Of a stretch of DNA of 64,000 nt, positions 26,417 through 37,205 are shown in pieces (position 1 is the first letter of the stretch; each line of letters begins with the position of its first letter). The DNA is from an uncultured Candidatus Rokubacteria bacterium (GTDB lineage: Bacteria; Methylomirabilota; Methylomirabilia; Rokubacteriales; CSP1-6). The stretch lies in the NCBI GenBank assembly GCA_963762145.1, contig CAVXJS010000011.1, positions 320,001 to 384,000 on the forward strand, given 5' to 3'. Under the pieces are notes generated by a model. It was not told the DNA's origin. It did not search any database and saw only the letters and a program-made list of their open reading frames with translations. Position numbers and translations under genes: made by a program.

Positions 26417-26844
26417 CAGACCGGTCCGAAGCCCGGCTTGGGCGCGGGCGGCGGGCTGGGCCGGCGGAACGCGGACTTCGCGTCGAGCATCTGCTTGATC
26501 GTGTTCACCAGCTCGCTCGCCTTGAACGGCTTCGGGATCAGCGGCCGCCCGGAGCCCTTGACCGCGGCGGTGGAGAAGCCCGACATGAGCACGATCTTCG
26601 TGCTCGGGCTGGTGGCCTCGACGCGCTTGGCCAGCTCGATGCCGTTCATGATCGGCATCACCACGTCGGTGAGCAGCAAGTGAATCGGCTGGGCCTCGGC
26701 GATGCGGCGCGCCGCGGCGGGATCGCCGGTGTCGATGACGTTGTACCCGTGCAGGGTGAGGATCTCGCGGACGAGGGCGCGTACCTCCGGCTCATCGTCC
26801 ACGACGAGAATCGTCTGTCGCGCGTCCTCGCTAGGCTCGGGCAC
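26416..26844 (-). CDS. Stand-alone response regulator receiver
   Basis: ILVVDDE, LLLTDVVMP, MSG, KPF; GTG 26844 after GGGGAG (track start ATG 26862). Confidence 0.9.
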   Translation of the reverse strand: MPEPSEDARQTILVVDDEPEVRALVREILTLHGYNVIDTGDPAAARRIAEAQPIHLLLTDVVMPIMNGIELAKRVEATSPSTKIVLMSGFSTAAVKGSGRPLIPKPFKASELVNTIKQMLDAKSAFRRPSPPPAPKPGFGPV

Positions 26845-26873
26845 CGTTGTCTCTCCCCGCATGGGCCTTTGGC

Positions 26874-26889
26874 TGCAGGCGAAATGCCA
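26874..26889 (-). promoter_or_regulatory. Sigma-54-like promoter
   Basis: Minus strand TGGCAT-TTCGC-CTGCA with the correct GG-N10-GC spacing. Confidence 0.5.
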
Positions 26890-27045
26890 GGGCGCACCGA
26901 TTGTAACCTACGGTTTTTGCGAGAGCCGCCGACCTTTCGCGGGCGGCCGATCGCGTAACTTTTTCCGCAACGCCGGTCATCCGGCACGCCCGGACGTCGT
27001 CGAATCTCGGCCGGTGATTCGCGGCTCGGCTGCTAGAGTTTGCGC

Positions 27046-27648
27046 ATGCGGTCAACCGCCGGATCGCGCCCCGTGGCCAGCAAGCGCCCGCTCAAGAGGT
27101 ACCTGACGACCGGTAAAGTCGGTGAAATGCTTGAAGTTTCGCCGGCCGCCATCAAGAAGTGGATCCAGCAGGGCAAGCTGGCCGCGTTCCGGACCCCGGG
27201 TGGACACTTCCGCATCCTGGCGGACGAGTTCGAGCGCTTCCAGAAGACCCACGGTTTCGGGACGGGCGCCGGTGAGCCGCTGCGCGTGCTCGTGGTGGAC
27301 GATCAGGCCGACGTCGAGGTGCTCGTGGCCTCCCTCCGCGCCTCGCATCCCCGGGCGCAGCTGGAAACCGCGGCGAACGGCTTCGAGGGGCTGCTCAAGG
27401 TCGGCACGTTCCGTCCCGACGTGCTGCTCCTCGACCTCGGCCTGCCGGGCATGGACGGCTTCGAGGTCTGTCGCCAGATCAAGCGCGATCCGGTCATTCG
27501 CGACACGAAGGTCGTGGTGATGGCCGCCCGCTTGCTCGACGCGGAGCCGCGGGCGATGGACGCGGGCGCCGACGGGTTCCTCTCCAAGCCCTTCGAGGCC
27601 GCCACCGTCGACGGGCTCCTGCGCCGCCTGCTCGCCGCGCGCGGTTGA
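27046..27648 (+). CDS. Response regulator with N-terminal excisionase-type HTH and C-terminal receiver
   Basis: YLTTGKVGEMLEVSPAAIKKW...RTPGGHFRI; VLVVDD, LLLDLGLP, KPF. Confidence 0.9.
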   Translation: MRSTAGSRPVASKRPLKRYLTTGKVGEMLEVSPAAIKKWIQQGKLAAFRTPGGHFRILADEFERFQKTHGFGTGAGEPLRVLVVDDQADVEVLVASLRASHPRAQLETAANGFEGLLKVGTFRPDVLLLDLGLPGMDGFEVCRQIKRDPVIRDTKVVVMAARLLDAEPRAMDAGADGFLSKPFEAATVDGLLRRLLAARG

Positions 27649-27718
27649 GCGCGGTGCCCTCGCGCCGCGAGCCGCGCTCGATTGCGGGCTCGTTCGGGCG
27701 CGTGCCATAATCCCGACC

Positions 27719-30609
27719 ATGAGCGATCTCGAGCACGAGCTGCGCCGCGCGCGTCGAGGGCGACGTCCGCTTCGACCGCTACTCGCGCCTGCTGTACTCG
27801 ACGGACGCCTCGATGTACCAGATGGAGCCGATGGGCGTGGTGGTTCCGCGCCACGCCGGCGACGTGCAGGCGGTCGATCGAGGTCGCCAACCGCTCGAGC
27901 GCGCCGGTCCTGCCGCGGGGCGGCGGCACCTCGCTGACCGGCCAGACGGTCAACCACGCGGTCGTCCTCGACTTCTCGCGCCACATGAACCGGGTCCTCG
28001 AGGTGAACGAGGAGGAGCTGTGGGCGCGGGTGCAGCCCGGGCTGGTGCAGGACGAGCTGAACCACCACGTGCGGCCGCTCGGGCTGCTCTTCGGGCCCGA
28101 CACCTCCACCTCGAACCGCGCCACCATCGGCGGCATGCTCGGCAACAACTCCGGGCGGCTCGCACTCGATCGCCTACGGCCTCACCGTCGAGCACGTGAT
28201 CGAGATGACCACGATCCTCGCCGACGGCAGCCGCGCGGTCTTCGGCGAGGTGACGCCCGAGCAGTTCAAGGCCAAGATGCGCGCTGCCCGGGCTGGAAGG
28301 GCAGATCTACCGCGAGATCGACGCGGATCCGCGACGCAGTACGACGACCGAGATCCGGCGCGGTATCCGCAGCACTGGCGCCGCGTCTGCGGCTACAACC
28401 TGGACGAGCTGGTGCAAGGACCGGCCGCTCAACATGGCGCGCGCTCATCGTGGGCTCGGAGGGCACGCTCCTCACCGTGGTCGAGGCGAAGATGCGCCTC
28501 GTGCAGCAGGCCCAAGGAGACCGCGGTCGACGTGATCCACTACCACGACATGCAGGAGGCGCTCGAGTCCTCGCAGGCCATCCTCGAGACCGGGCCCTAC
28601 GCCGTCGAGCTCACCGACAAGATGATCCTCGACCTCGCCCGCGCGAACATCGAGCAGGCGCAGCGCATGGGATTCGTGCAGGGCGATCCCGCGGCGATCC
28701 TGATCGTGGAGTACGCGGGGGACACCGACGCAGGAGGTCAAGGCCAAGGTCGAGGCCCTCGAGGCGCGGCGGGCGCGCGGACGCTTCGGCTACGCCTCGC
28801 ACATCGCCTACGACCCGGGCGAGCAGCAGTCGATCTGGAAGCTCCGCAAGGCCGGCCTCGGCCTGCTGTTCGGGCGTGCAGCGGCGAGGCCAAGCCGATC
28901 GCGTTCATCGAGGACACCGCGGTCGACCCGAAGCACCTGCCCGAGTTCGTGCCGCGCTTCCGCGAGATCATGGCCAAGCACGGGGCGCGACGGCGCCTAC
29001 TACGGCCACTGCTCGGTGGGGTGCCTGCACATCCGCCCGCTGATCAATCTGAAGACCGAGCGCGGCCTCGAGCAGGTCCGGGCCATGGCCGAGGAGATCT
29101 TCGACCTCGTGCTCGAGTTCGGCGGCGCCATCTCGAGCGAGCACGGCGACGGCCGCGCGCGGAGCCCGTTCCTCGAGCGGGTGTTCGGCCCGACGATGTT
29201 CCAGGCGTTCACGCGAGTCGAAGGCCGCGTTCGATCCGCAAGAACCTGATGAACCCCGGCAACATCGTGGCGCAGCCCGGGCGTCACCGAGCACCTCCGC
29301 TACGGCGCCGAGTACAAGACGTGGGAGCCGAAGACGCTGCTCGACTTCTCGGCGCAGGGCGGCTTCGCGGCGGCCGTCGAGATGTGCAACGGCGTCGGCG
29401 TGTGCCGCAAGAAGCTCGAGGGCACGATGTGCCCGTCGTACATGGCCACGCGCGACGAGGAGCACTCCACGCGCGGGCGCGCCAACGCGCTGCGCGCCGT
29501 GCTGTCCGGCCAGGTGCCGGCGGCCGACTTCGCGGGCAAGCGGCTCTACGAGGTGATGGATCTCTGCCTCGAGTGCAAGGGCTGCAAGGCGGAGTGCCCG
29601 TCCAACGTCGACATGGCCAAGATGAAGTACGAGTTCCTGCACCACTACCACGCAGGTCAACGGGCTGCCCCTGCGCAACCGGCTGTTCGGGCACATCGCG
29701 CGGCTCTCGTGGCTCGGCTCGCGGCCTGGCGCCGATCTCCAACTGGATCGCGCGCTCGCTGCCGAACCGCTGGCTGATGGAGCGCGTCGTCGGGCATCGA
29801 CCGGCGGCGGCCGCTGCCCGCCTTCGCGCGCGAGACGTTCACCGACTGGTTCGACCGGCGCCGACGCCCGCCGCGGCCGCCGCGGGGCGCGTGGTGCTCT
29901 TCCACGACACGTTCATCACCTACAACACGCCGGAGATCGGGCCGCGCCGCGGTGGAGCTGCTGGAGGCGGCGGGCTATCGCGTCCAGCTCGTGGACAAGA
30001 AGTGCTGCGGCCGGCCGATGATCTCCAAGGGCATGCTCGACGAGGCCAAGGCGCACGCGGAGTGGAACGTGGCGCGCCTGCTGCCGCTGGTCGCGCGCGG
30101 GCGCCGCCATCGTCGGGCTCGAGCCCTCCTGCCTGCTCACGCTGCGCGACGAGTAGCGTCGAGCTGGTGCGCACCGACGAGGCGCGCGCGGTTGCGCGCT
30201 CGAGCTTCCTCCTGGAGGAGTTCCTGCTGCGCGAGCGGGCGCGCGGCCTGACGCTGCCCGTGGAAGAACGGCGGCGCGCCGCGGCGCGCGCTGCTCCACG
30301 GCCACTGCCACCAGAAGGCGATGGTCGGCACCGCGCCCGACCGTGGCCGCGCTCCGGTGGGCGGGCTACGAGGTGAGCGAGGTGGACTCCGGCTGCTGCG
30401 GCATGGCGGGCTCGTTCGGCTTCGAGCGCGAGCACTACGACATCTCGGTGACGCTCGGCAACCGGCGGCTCGCGCCCGCGGTGAAGGCGGCGACCGCCGA
30501 GACCGAGATCGTGGCGCCCGGCATCTCGTGCCGCCAGCAGATCGAGCATCTGGCGGGCCGTCAGGCCAAGCACCCCGCCCAGATCCTGCGCGACGCGCTC
30601 CGCTCCTGA
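27719..30609 (+). CDS. FAD-linked oxidase with Fe-S and CCG domains (GlcD/GlcF fusion, YdiJ-like; many frameshifts)
   Basis: YSTDASMY, PRGGGTSLTGQ, GSEGTL, GCLHIRP, EHGDG, CNGVGVC, CLECKGC...CPSNVD, CCGRP, HCHQK, CCGMAGSFG. Confidence 0.9.
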
Positions 30610-30642
30610 GCCCGGCGTCCGCGGACGCCGGCCGCCCCGCCG

Positions 30643-31422
30643 ATGGACAACCTGACGCTCAAGCTCGTGGTGACGCCCGCGCTCATCGGGGCGGCCACGC
30701 TCGCGGGCCGGCGCTGGGGCCAGTCCATCGGCGGCTGGCTGGTGGGCCTGCCGCTCACCACCGGCCCGGTCGCCTTCTTCATCGCGCTCGATCACGGAGA
30801 AGCCTTCGCGGCGGCCGCGGTGGTGGGCTCGCTGGCGGGCGCCGTCGCGGAGGTCGCCTTCAGCCTGGCGTACGGCTGGAGCGCGCTCCGGTGCCGGTGG
30901 CCGGCGGCCCTGCTGGCCGGCACCGCCGCGTACGCGGCCGTCGCGGCGCTCGTGCAGGGGCTGGCGCTCGGCGCCTTCGCGCTCTTCGTCCTGGTCGTCG
31001 TCGCCCTGGCGGTGTCGCTCCGGTTGATGCCGCGAGGCGCCGCCGGGGGCGCCGCGGTGGTGGCCCCGCGCTGGGACCTGCCGGCGCGCATGGTGCTGGC
31101 CACCACCGTGGTGCTGGTCCTGACCGCGCTCGCGCCGCGGCTCGGCGCCCAGTGGAGCGGACTGCTCGCGACCTATCCGCTCTTCGCGGCTATCCTGACC
31201 GCCTTCGGCCACCGGTTGCAGGGCGCGGGCGCGGCGATCGGGGTGCTGCGTGGCCTGCTCTTCGGGCTGTTCTCGTTCGCGGGGTTCTGCCTCGTCCTGG
31301 CCCTGGGCCTCGTTCCGCTCGGCATCGCAGGCGCGTTCGCCGCCGCGATCGCGGTCGCCCTCCTGGCGCAGGGGGTCTCGCTCTGGCGGCTGCGGGCGCC
31401 GCGTGGCCCCGGACCCTCTTGA
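30643..31422 (+). CDS. Hypothetical integral membrane protein
   Basis: Many hydrophobic helices; RRWG..GGWLVGLP and an internal repeat GLLATYP. Confidence 0.8.
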   Translation: MDNLTLKLVVTPALIGAATLAGRRWGQSIGGWLVGLPLTTGPVAFFIALDHGEAFAAAAVVGSLAGAVAEVAFSLAYGWSALRCRWPAALLAGTAAYAAVAALVQGLALGAFALFVLVVVALAVSLRLMPRGAAGGAAVVAPRWDLPARMVLATTVVLVLTALAPRLGAQWSGLLATYPLFAAILTAFGHRLQGAGAAIGVLRGLLFGLFSFAGFCLVLALGLVPLGIAGAFAAAIAVALLAQGVSLWRLRAPRGPGPS

Positions 31423-31492
31423 CTCCGCCGCGTCGCCACGCCTAGATAGTCCCGGCATCACTCGCCTCGCACCCGACCAAGGAGACTCGCGC

Positions 31493-32505
31493 ATGAGAGC
31501 GTCCCTCTACGAAGGCTCCCGGACTTTTCGCACCGTGCCCGCGACGCGCCCGGCGCGCGCCCAGGACCAGGCGCTGCTCCGCGTGCTGCGCGCGGGCATC
31601 TGCGGCACCGACCTGCACATCTTCCAGGGGCATCTCGATCACCGCATCCCGAAGGGCGGCATCATCGGGCACGAGACCTTCGCGGAGGTGGTGGAGGCGC
31701 CGGCGGCGAGCGGGTTCGGTCCGGGAGATCGGGTAGTCGTCGAGCCGATCCGCGCCTGCGGGGAGTGCCGGGCCTGCAAGATGGGCGGCTACTACCTGTG
31801 CTACGAGCTCAAGATCTCGGCGTGGAGCTGCCGGGCGGCATGCAGGACTACTGGGCGGTGGAGGCCAAGCGCATGCTCCACGTGCCCGCCTCGCTCGCGG
31901 ACGACCAGGCCGCGATGATCGAGCCGCTCGCGGTGGCGACGCACGACGTGCGCCGGGCGGCGGTCAAGTCGGGCGACACCGTGCTGGTGCTGGGCGGCGG
32001 GCCCATCGGCGCCCTCATCGCGATGGTTTCTCGCCACCGCGGCGCGCGCGTCATCGTGAGCGAGATCAACCCGTACCGGATCGAGCTGCTGCGGGGCCTC
32101 GGGCTCGAGGTGATCGGGATGGACGCCGACCCGGTGCGCTTCGTCGACGAGTGGACCGAGGGGCAGGGGGTGGACGTGGCCTTCGAGGTCACCGGCCATC
32201 CGGCCGCCGCGCGCGTGATGACCGAGACGGTGCGCGTCTGGGGCACGGTGAGCATCGTGGCCATTCACTCCGAGCCGACGCCGGTGAACCTCTACCCGAT
32301 GTTCGCGCGCGAGGTCACCATGCACGGCAGCCGCCTGTACAACCGCGAGGACTGGGAGGAGGCCATCCGCCTGGCCGCCTCCGGCGCGGTGACGCTCGCC
32401 CCGCTCGTGAGCCGCAAGATCCCGCTCGAGGGCCTGCAGGAGGGCATGGAGGAGGCGCTGCGCGGGGGGCCGGTGATGAAGGTGCTGGTGGACCTGACCG
32501 CCTGA
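31493..32505 (+). CDS. Zn-binding (sugar-alcohol/threonine-type) dehydrogenase (one frameshift near 31820)
   Basis: GICGTDLH, GHE, CGECRAC, EPLAVA, GGGPIG; RBS AAGGAG. Confidence 0.9.
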
Positions 32506-32540
32506 GTCCTCGAGATCCCCGCAGCGGTACGGCTACTCGA

Positions 32541-33260
32541 ATGGTTCCCCGGCTGACCGCTCTCGTCGCCGCGGCGGTCGTCGCGGGGTGCGTCGCGAGC
32601 GCGCCGCCCGGCGAGTCCCCACCCGGCGTCCGGCGCCTGCTCCCGGCCGAGCCGGCCGCGGCGATCCTCTACGTGGCGCTGGGTGACAGCACGGTCGAAG
32701 GCGTCGGCGCTAGCTCTCCCGCCCACAACTACGTGGGCCGGCTTCATGAGCGGCTCCGCGCGGTCTATCCTCAGGCGCGGCTGAGGAACCTCGGGGTGGG
32801 GGGCGCCACGGCCTCCGGGGTGTTGAGCCGGCAGCTTCCGCGGGCTCTCGAGCTCCAGCCCGATCTCGTCACGCTCTCGGTCGGCCCCAACGACATCACC
32901 GACAAGCGCGATCTCGAGCGCTACGCTCGCGATATCGACGCGATCCTCCGCGCCCTCACCCGTGGGACCAGCGCGGTCGTGGTCGTCAATCTCATCCCCG
33001 ATCTCACGGTCACGCCCCGGTTCAGCGGCACGGAGATCGAGCCGCGCGTGCGCGAGCGGGTGATCGCCTTCAACGAGGTTCTGGTGCGTCAGGCGCGCGC
33101 GTACGGTGCGGAAGTCGTGGACCTCTACGCCGCGAGCCAGCGCGAGGTGCCGGGCCGCCCCGATCTCATCGGGCCCGACCGGTATCATCCGTCGGACGAA
33201 GGGTACGCGCGCTGGGCCGAACTGATGTGGCCAGGTATCGAGGCGCGAATCGGGCGCTGA
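32541..33260 (+). CDS. SGNH/GDSL hydrolase lipoprotein
   Basis: VVAG-C lipobox, YVALGDS, NLGVGG, GPND, DRYHP catalytic motif. Confidence 0.9.
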   Translation: MVPRLTALVAAAVVAGCVASAPPGESPPGVRRLLPAEPAAAILYVALGDSTVEGVGASSPAHNYVGRLHERLRAVYPQARLRNLGVGGATASGVLSRQLPRALELQPDLVTLSVGPNDITDKRDLERYARDIDAILRALTRGTSAVVVVNLIPDLTVTPRFSGTEIEPRVRERVIAFNEVLVRQARAYGAEVVDLYAASQREVPGRPDLIGPDRYHPSDEGYARWAELMWPGIEARIGR

Positions 33261-33272
33261 GCCGAGCGAAGT

Positions 33273-33314
33273 CCCCTCACCCTGCCCTCTCCCCTCTGGG
33301 GAGAGGGCAGGGTG
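33273..33314. repeat. REP/BoxC-like palindrome
   Basis: Perfect 17-bp stem CACCCTGCCCTCTCCCC-tct-GGGGAGAGGGCAGGGTG between convergent genes. Confidence 0.8.
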
Positions 33315-33321
33315 CAGCGGG

Positions 33322-33498
33322 CTACTTGTCCTTGATCGCGGCCTGGACCTTGGCCGCCATGTCGGGCGGGATCGTCGCGATACCGTGATCCTTCCGGGCG
33401 TGCTCGGCGCCCTTGGCCAGCACCTCGGCCACGTCCTTGCCCTCGATCACCGTGTTGCAGCCGGCCATCAGGTCACCACACCGAAGAACCTTCGCCAT
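33322..33498 (-). CDS. DUF1059 family small metal-binding protein (58 aa)
   Basis: MAKVLRCGDLMAGCNTVIEG...AEHARKDHG...AAIKDK; RBS AGGAGG; below the ORF-track length cut-off. Confidence 0.88.
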   Translation of the reverse strand: MAKVLRCGDLMAGCNTVIEGKDVAEVLAKGAEHARKDHGIATIPPDMAAKVQAAIKDK

Positions 33499-33535
33499 GA
33501 TCAGTCCTCCTTCTCGTATCTGCGGTCGGGTTGCG

Positions 33536-34500
33536 CTATCGCCCGGGCGAGACGATCAGGTTGCTCGGCTTGCCCTGGAGGTAGTTCTCGATATTGGCCA
33601 CCGCGGCGAGGAGCCCGTCGCGGATGACCTCGGGCGTCTGGCCCGCGTTGTGGGGCGAGACGACCACGTTGGGCAGGGTCAGGATCGGGTCGTCGGCGGC
33701 CAGCGGCTCCTGGTGGAAGACGTCGAGGCCGGCGCCCAGGAGGCGGCGCTCGCGCAGCGCGGCCAGCAGCGCCTCCCGGTCCACCAGCGCGCCCCGGCCG
33801 GTGTTCACCAGGATGGCGGTGGGCTTCATCATCGCGAGCTCCTTGCGGCCCAGGAAGTTGCGCGTCTCCGGGGTGAGCCGCACGTGCAGGCTCACCACGT
33901 CCGCGGTCGAGAGGATCTCCTCCTTGGAGGCCGGCTTGGCGCCGGTCTTGCGGATGCGCGCCTCGTCGCCCAGCGCGCTCCAGCCGAGCACGTTCATGCC
34001 GATGCCGCGCGCGATGCGTGGCGAGGCGCCCGCCGATGGCGCCCATGCCGAAGACGCCCAGGGTCTTGCCGACGGAGCTGGGTCAGCATCTCGCGCGGCC
34101 AGCGGCCCTGGCGCATCTCCGCGTCGATCGTCAGGATCCGGCGCCCCACCACCAGCATGAGGGTGAGCGCGTGCTCGGCGACCGCGAAGGCGTTGATGCC
34201 GGGGGTGTTGCAGACGGTGATCCCGCGCATGCCCGCCGCGTTGAGATCGATGTTGTCGGTGCCGGTGCCCCACACCGAGACGATCTTGAGCTTGGGGCAG
34301 GCCACGAACACCGCCTCGCTGAAGCGGGCGTGGGCGCGGATATTGAGCGCGGCCTGGGCGTCGCCGATGCGGCGGATCAGCTCCACTTCCTGGTCGGCGC
34401 CGCGCTCGGTGAAGACGCGCACCGCGCCCAGGCGCTTGGCCCGCTGATGCGCCTCGCTGCCGTCGAAGACGGAGGGGAAGTCGTCCGGGGCGACGATCAC
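33536..34500 (-). CDS. D-2-hydroxyacid dehydrogenase (phosphoglycerate/hydroxypyruvate reductase-like; frameshifts)
   Basis: GTGTDNID, VAEH, GMGAIG, SLHVRLTPET, NTGRG, GLDVFHQEP, SPHNAG. Confidence 0.88.
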
Positions 34501-35699
34501 GCGGCGGCCCCGAGAACACGGCCTGGGCGGCGGACACGCCGGCGCCCGCCTCGCTCCGGTAGCCGAGGTCACGCAGGGTCATCTCGATCGCGGAGAGCGT
34601 GGGCAGCACGTACATCGGGCTCGAGGTGATGCCCATGTGCCCGACCCGCAGCGTGCTCGTGCGGATCTTGTCGAGGCCGGTGCCGATCAGGATGCCGTAG
34701 CGGTCGCGCATGTGGGTGACCACCGCGGCCGGATCGATCCCGTCCGGCGTCTTGAAGCACGAGACCGTGTTGGACACGAGCGACGCGTCCGGGAACATCT
34801 GCAGGCGCATGGCCTCGACGCCGGCGCGGAACGCGCGTCCCGCGACCGCGTGGCGGCGGAAGCGGTGGGCGAGGCCTTCTTCCAGGATGAGCCGGGCGGC
34901 GACTCCCAGGGCCTGGGTGAGGTGGGTCGGGATCGAGACCGGCTGCCGCCGCGGGCTGCCGTCGGGGATCTGGCCGCCGCGGGAGGTGGGGATCCAGTTC
35001 TCCTTCCAGCGGAGGAGATCGTAGGCCCACGAGCTGGCCTTGTGCTTGCGGCGCTCCATCGCCTCCCACGCGGCGGGGCTCACCGACACGATCGCCATCC
35101 CGAGCGGCGCGGCGAGGCACTTCTGCGAGCCGGTCATGTTGAAGTCCACGCCCCACTCGTCGGTGCGCACGTCGAGGCCGGCGAGGGAGGAGACGGTGTC
35201 GAGCATGAAGAGCGCGCCGTGGCGCTTCACGATGCGGCCCACCTCGGCGGCGGGATAGGTGGTGCCGGTGGACGTTTCGTTGTGGACCATCGAGACGACC
35301 TTGGGCTTCACGCGCTCGACGTCCTTCTCGAGCCGAGCCAGGTCGAGGGGCTGGCCCCACTCCACGGCGTGCTCGGTGACCTCGGCGCCCGCGCGCGTCA
35401 TGATCTCGCGCATGAGGGAGCCGAAGACGCCCGCCACCACCACGAGGGCCCGATCGCCCGGCTCGAGCACCGAGATCGCGGAGGCCTCGAGCGCGGTGCG
35501 GCCCGATCCGGGCATCGCGATGACCTCGCCGCGCGCTCGTCTGGAAGATGTCCCGCAGCGCGAGGGTCACCGGCTCCAGGACCTTCACGTCGAAGTTCAT
35601 GTCGTACTGGATGGTGGCCGGCTGATTCATCGCCTGGACGACCGGGAACGGCAGCTCGGTCGGGCCCGGGATCATCAGGATCGGATGGGAGTGGGTCAC
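34497..35699 (-). CDS. Class V PLP aminotransferase (alanine-glyoxylate/serine-pyruvate type; frameshifts)
   Basis: LMIPGPT, HNETSTG, LDTVSS, TGSQKCL (PLP Lys), LRVGHMG. Alternative start ATG 35723. Confidence 0.9.
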
Positions 35700-35753
35700 T
35701 CCCCACCGGATGGTGGAATCCATGAGGCAGCTCCTTTGCCGGCCGGAGCCGGG

Positions 35754-36041
35754 CTACACGCTGGCCTGGGCCAGGCCGCTCTGCTTGCGACGGATCAGGT
35801 AGAGGTTGCGCAGGTACACGAACAGGCCGGCTCCCTGGCCGAGGATGAAGACGGGGTCCAGGCGGTAGATGGCGTAGATCAGCAGGGTGAGGCCGCCGCC
35901 GATGGAGAAGAACCAGAACGAGATGGGGATCACGCTCTCCTTCTTGCGCTCGGAGGCGATCCACTGAACGAGGAAGCGCCCCGAGAAGAACGCCTGTCCG
36001 AGGAATCCCACCGTCAACCAGAGATGCTCTGAGGTCATCAT
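35754..36041 (-). CDS. Lipid A biosynthesis N-terminal (LAB_N) domain membrane protein
   Basis: GFLGQAFFSGRFLVQWIASERKKESVIP...DPVFILGQ...YLRNL. Confidence 0.9.
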   Translation of the reverse strand: MMTSEHLWLTVGFLGQAFFSGRFLVQWIASERKKESVIPISFWFFSIGGGLTLLIYAIYRLDPVFILGQGAGLFVYLRNLYLIRRKQSGLAQASV

Positions 36042-36136
36042 AGCTCCACTCTCCACGCTGGCTCGACCCTCCGTGCTAGAATTCAGCCATTCACGTTACC
36101 GGACATCCCCGGGGGCCGCAAGGAGTTTCGTCGACC

Positions 36137-36623
36137 GTGCGACGCATCGATCAGGCGCTGGTGGACGAAGTCTGGCGCGAGACCGCGTCGTACCCGCCCG
36201 GGCGGGTCGACGAGGAGGCGCGCGACTTCCTGGGCCGGCAGCCGCACGTGGCCGCCTTCGCCCACTCGGTCACCCGCGAGCAGGACGCCTCCGTGCAGCG
36301 CGCCGCGCTGGGGCTCTGCTTCCTCCTCTTCAAGGTCCTGGAGCGCAGTCTCGGGCACCCGTTCCCGCTCCTCTCCGAGTCCCGCATCCAGGACGCGCAC
36401 CAGGCGGTGACGGAGTGGCTCGACACGCTGGACGGACGGCGCGGAGTCGGACCGGGTGCTCGAGACGGTGAGCGCGCCCGGCCACCCGACGCTGCCCGCC
36501 TACATCATCGCGGTGTTCTACGGGGAGGGCGCCGAGGGCTGTGACGAGCGGGTCCGCGCCGGGTTCGCGCTGATGCTGCGCACGCTGACCGACGCGCTCG
36601 ACGTGGGCCAGGTGGAAGCCTGA
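36137..36623 (+). CDS. Hypothetical protein (one frameshift near 36440)
   Basis: GGAG RBS before GTG; coding-like frame continuing HPTLPAYIIAVFY...LTDALD to TGA 36621-36623. Confidence 0.65.
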
Positions 36624-36653
36624 AGAGCTGTGACGTCCTGATCGGCGCCGCGT

Positions 36654-36819
36654 CGGGAGGGGGAGGCCGCGGGGGCGAGGGGTGGGCCTCTGATCACGAC
36701 CCGTGGTCTCGTTTCTCGCAGTCAGGAGTTCCCAATCCGGGAGCGATAGATTCCTGGCTTCCGTCGGCGGGGAGCGCATCACCCGGCCCACCCTTCGCCC
36801 CCGCGGCCTCCCCCTCCCG
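36654..36819. repeat. 166-nt element bounded by 35-bp inverted repeats
   Basis: 36654-36688 and 36785-36819 are reverse complements with one mismatch; 96-nt interior. Confidence 0.85.
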
Positions 36820-36853
36820 GTTGCCCGGGATCGAGCACACCGCGGCGGAAGGA

Positions 36854-37180
36854 CTAGACGGGCTCGGTGGGGCCGGACGTGATCGCGATGACGAGCGCGC
36901 CGGTGGGGCTGGTGACGGTGTGGACGCAGCCGGGCGGGCGCCGCGCGTAGTTGCCGGCCGTGCACACGCCGGTGTCGTCCGCGACGCTGCCCTCGAGCAC
37001 GTAGATCTGCTCGTCGCCGAGATGCCGGTGGCGGGGAACGGTCGCCCCGGGCTCGTAGCGCATCAGGATGGCCTTGTGGGGGCCCTCCTCCCAGAGCGTC
37101 TTCCAGAAGACGCCCGGCCGGCGCTCGACCCACGGCACGGTGCTGGTGGTCACGAAGAGGCTGACGGGCGGGGTGGTCAC
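36854..37180 (-). CDS. ChrR-like cupin domain protein
   Basis: PRHRHLGDEQIYVLEG and PPGCVH cupin motifs. Confidence 0.88.
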   Translation of the reverse strand: MTTPPVSLFVTTSTVPWVERRPGVFWKTLWEEGPHKAILMRYEPGATVPRHRHLGDEQIYVLEGSVADDTGVCTAGNYARRPPGCVHTVTSPTGALVIAITSGPTEPV

Positions 37181-37205
37181 GGGAGCGGTCTCCTTCCGGG
37201 CGATC

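Noticed and set aside
30154-30156. In-frame TAG in the FAD/Fe-S oxidase as possible pyrrolysine or recoding
   Set aside because: The context LRDE-TAG-C-GTC is explained by a 1-nt insertion in a TAC (Tyr) codon within an indel-rich block.
36654-36819. Naming the inverted-repeat element as SRP RNA, 6S RNA or a tRNA
   Set aside because: No SRP domain IV motif, no cloverleaf and no usual ssrS neighbours; left unassigned pending a covariance-model search.
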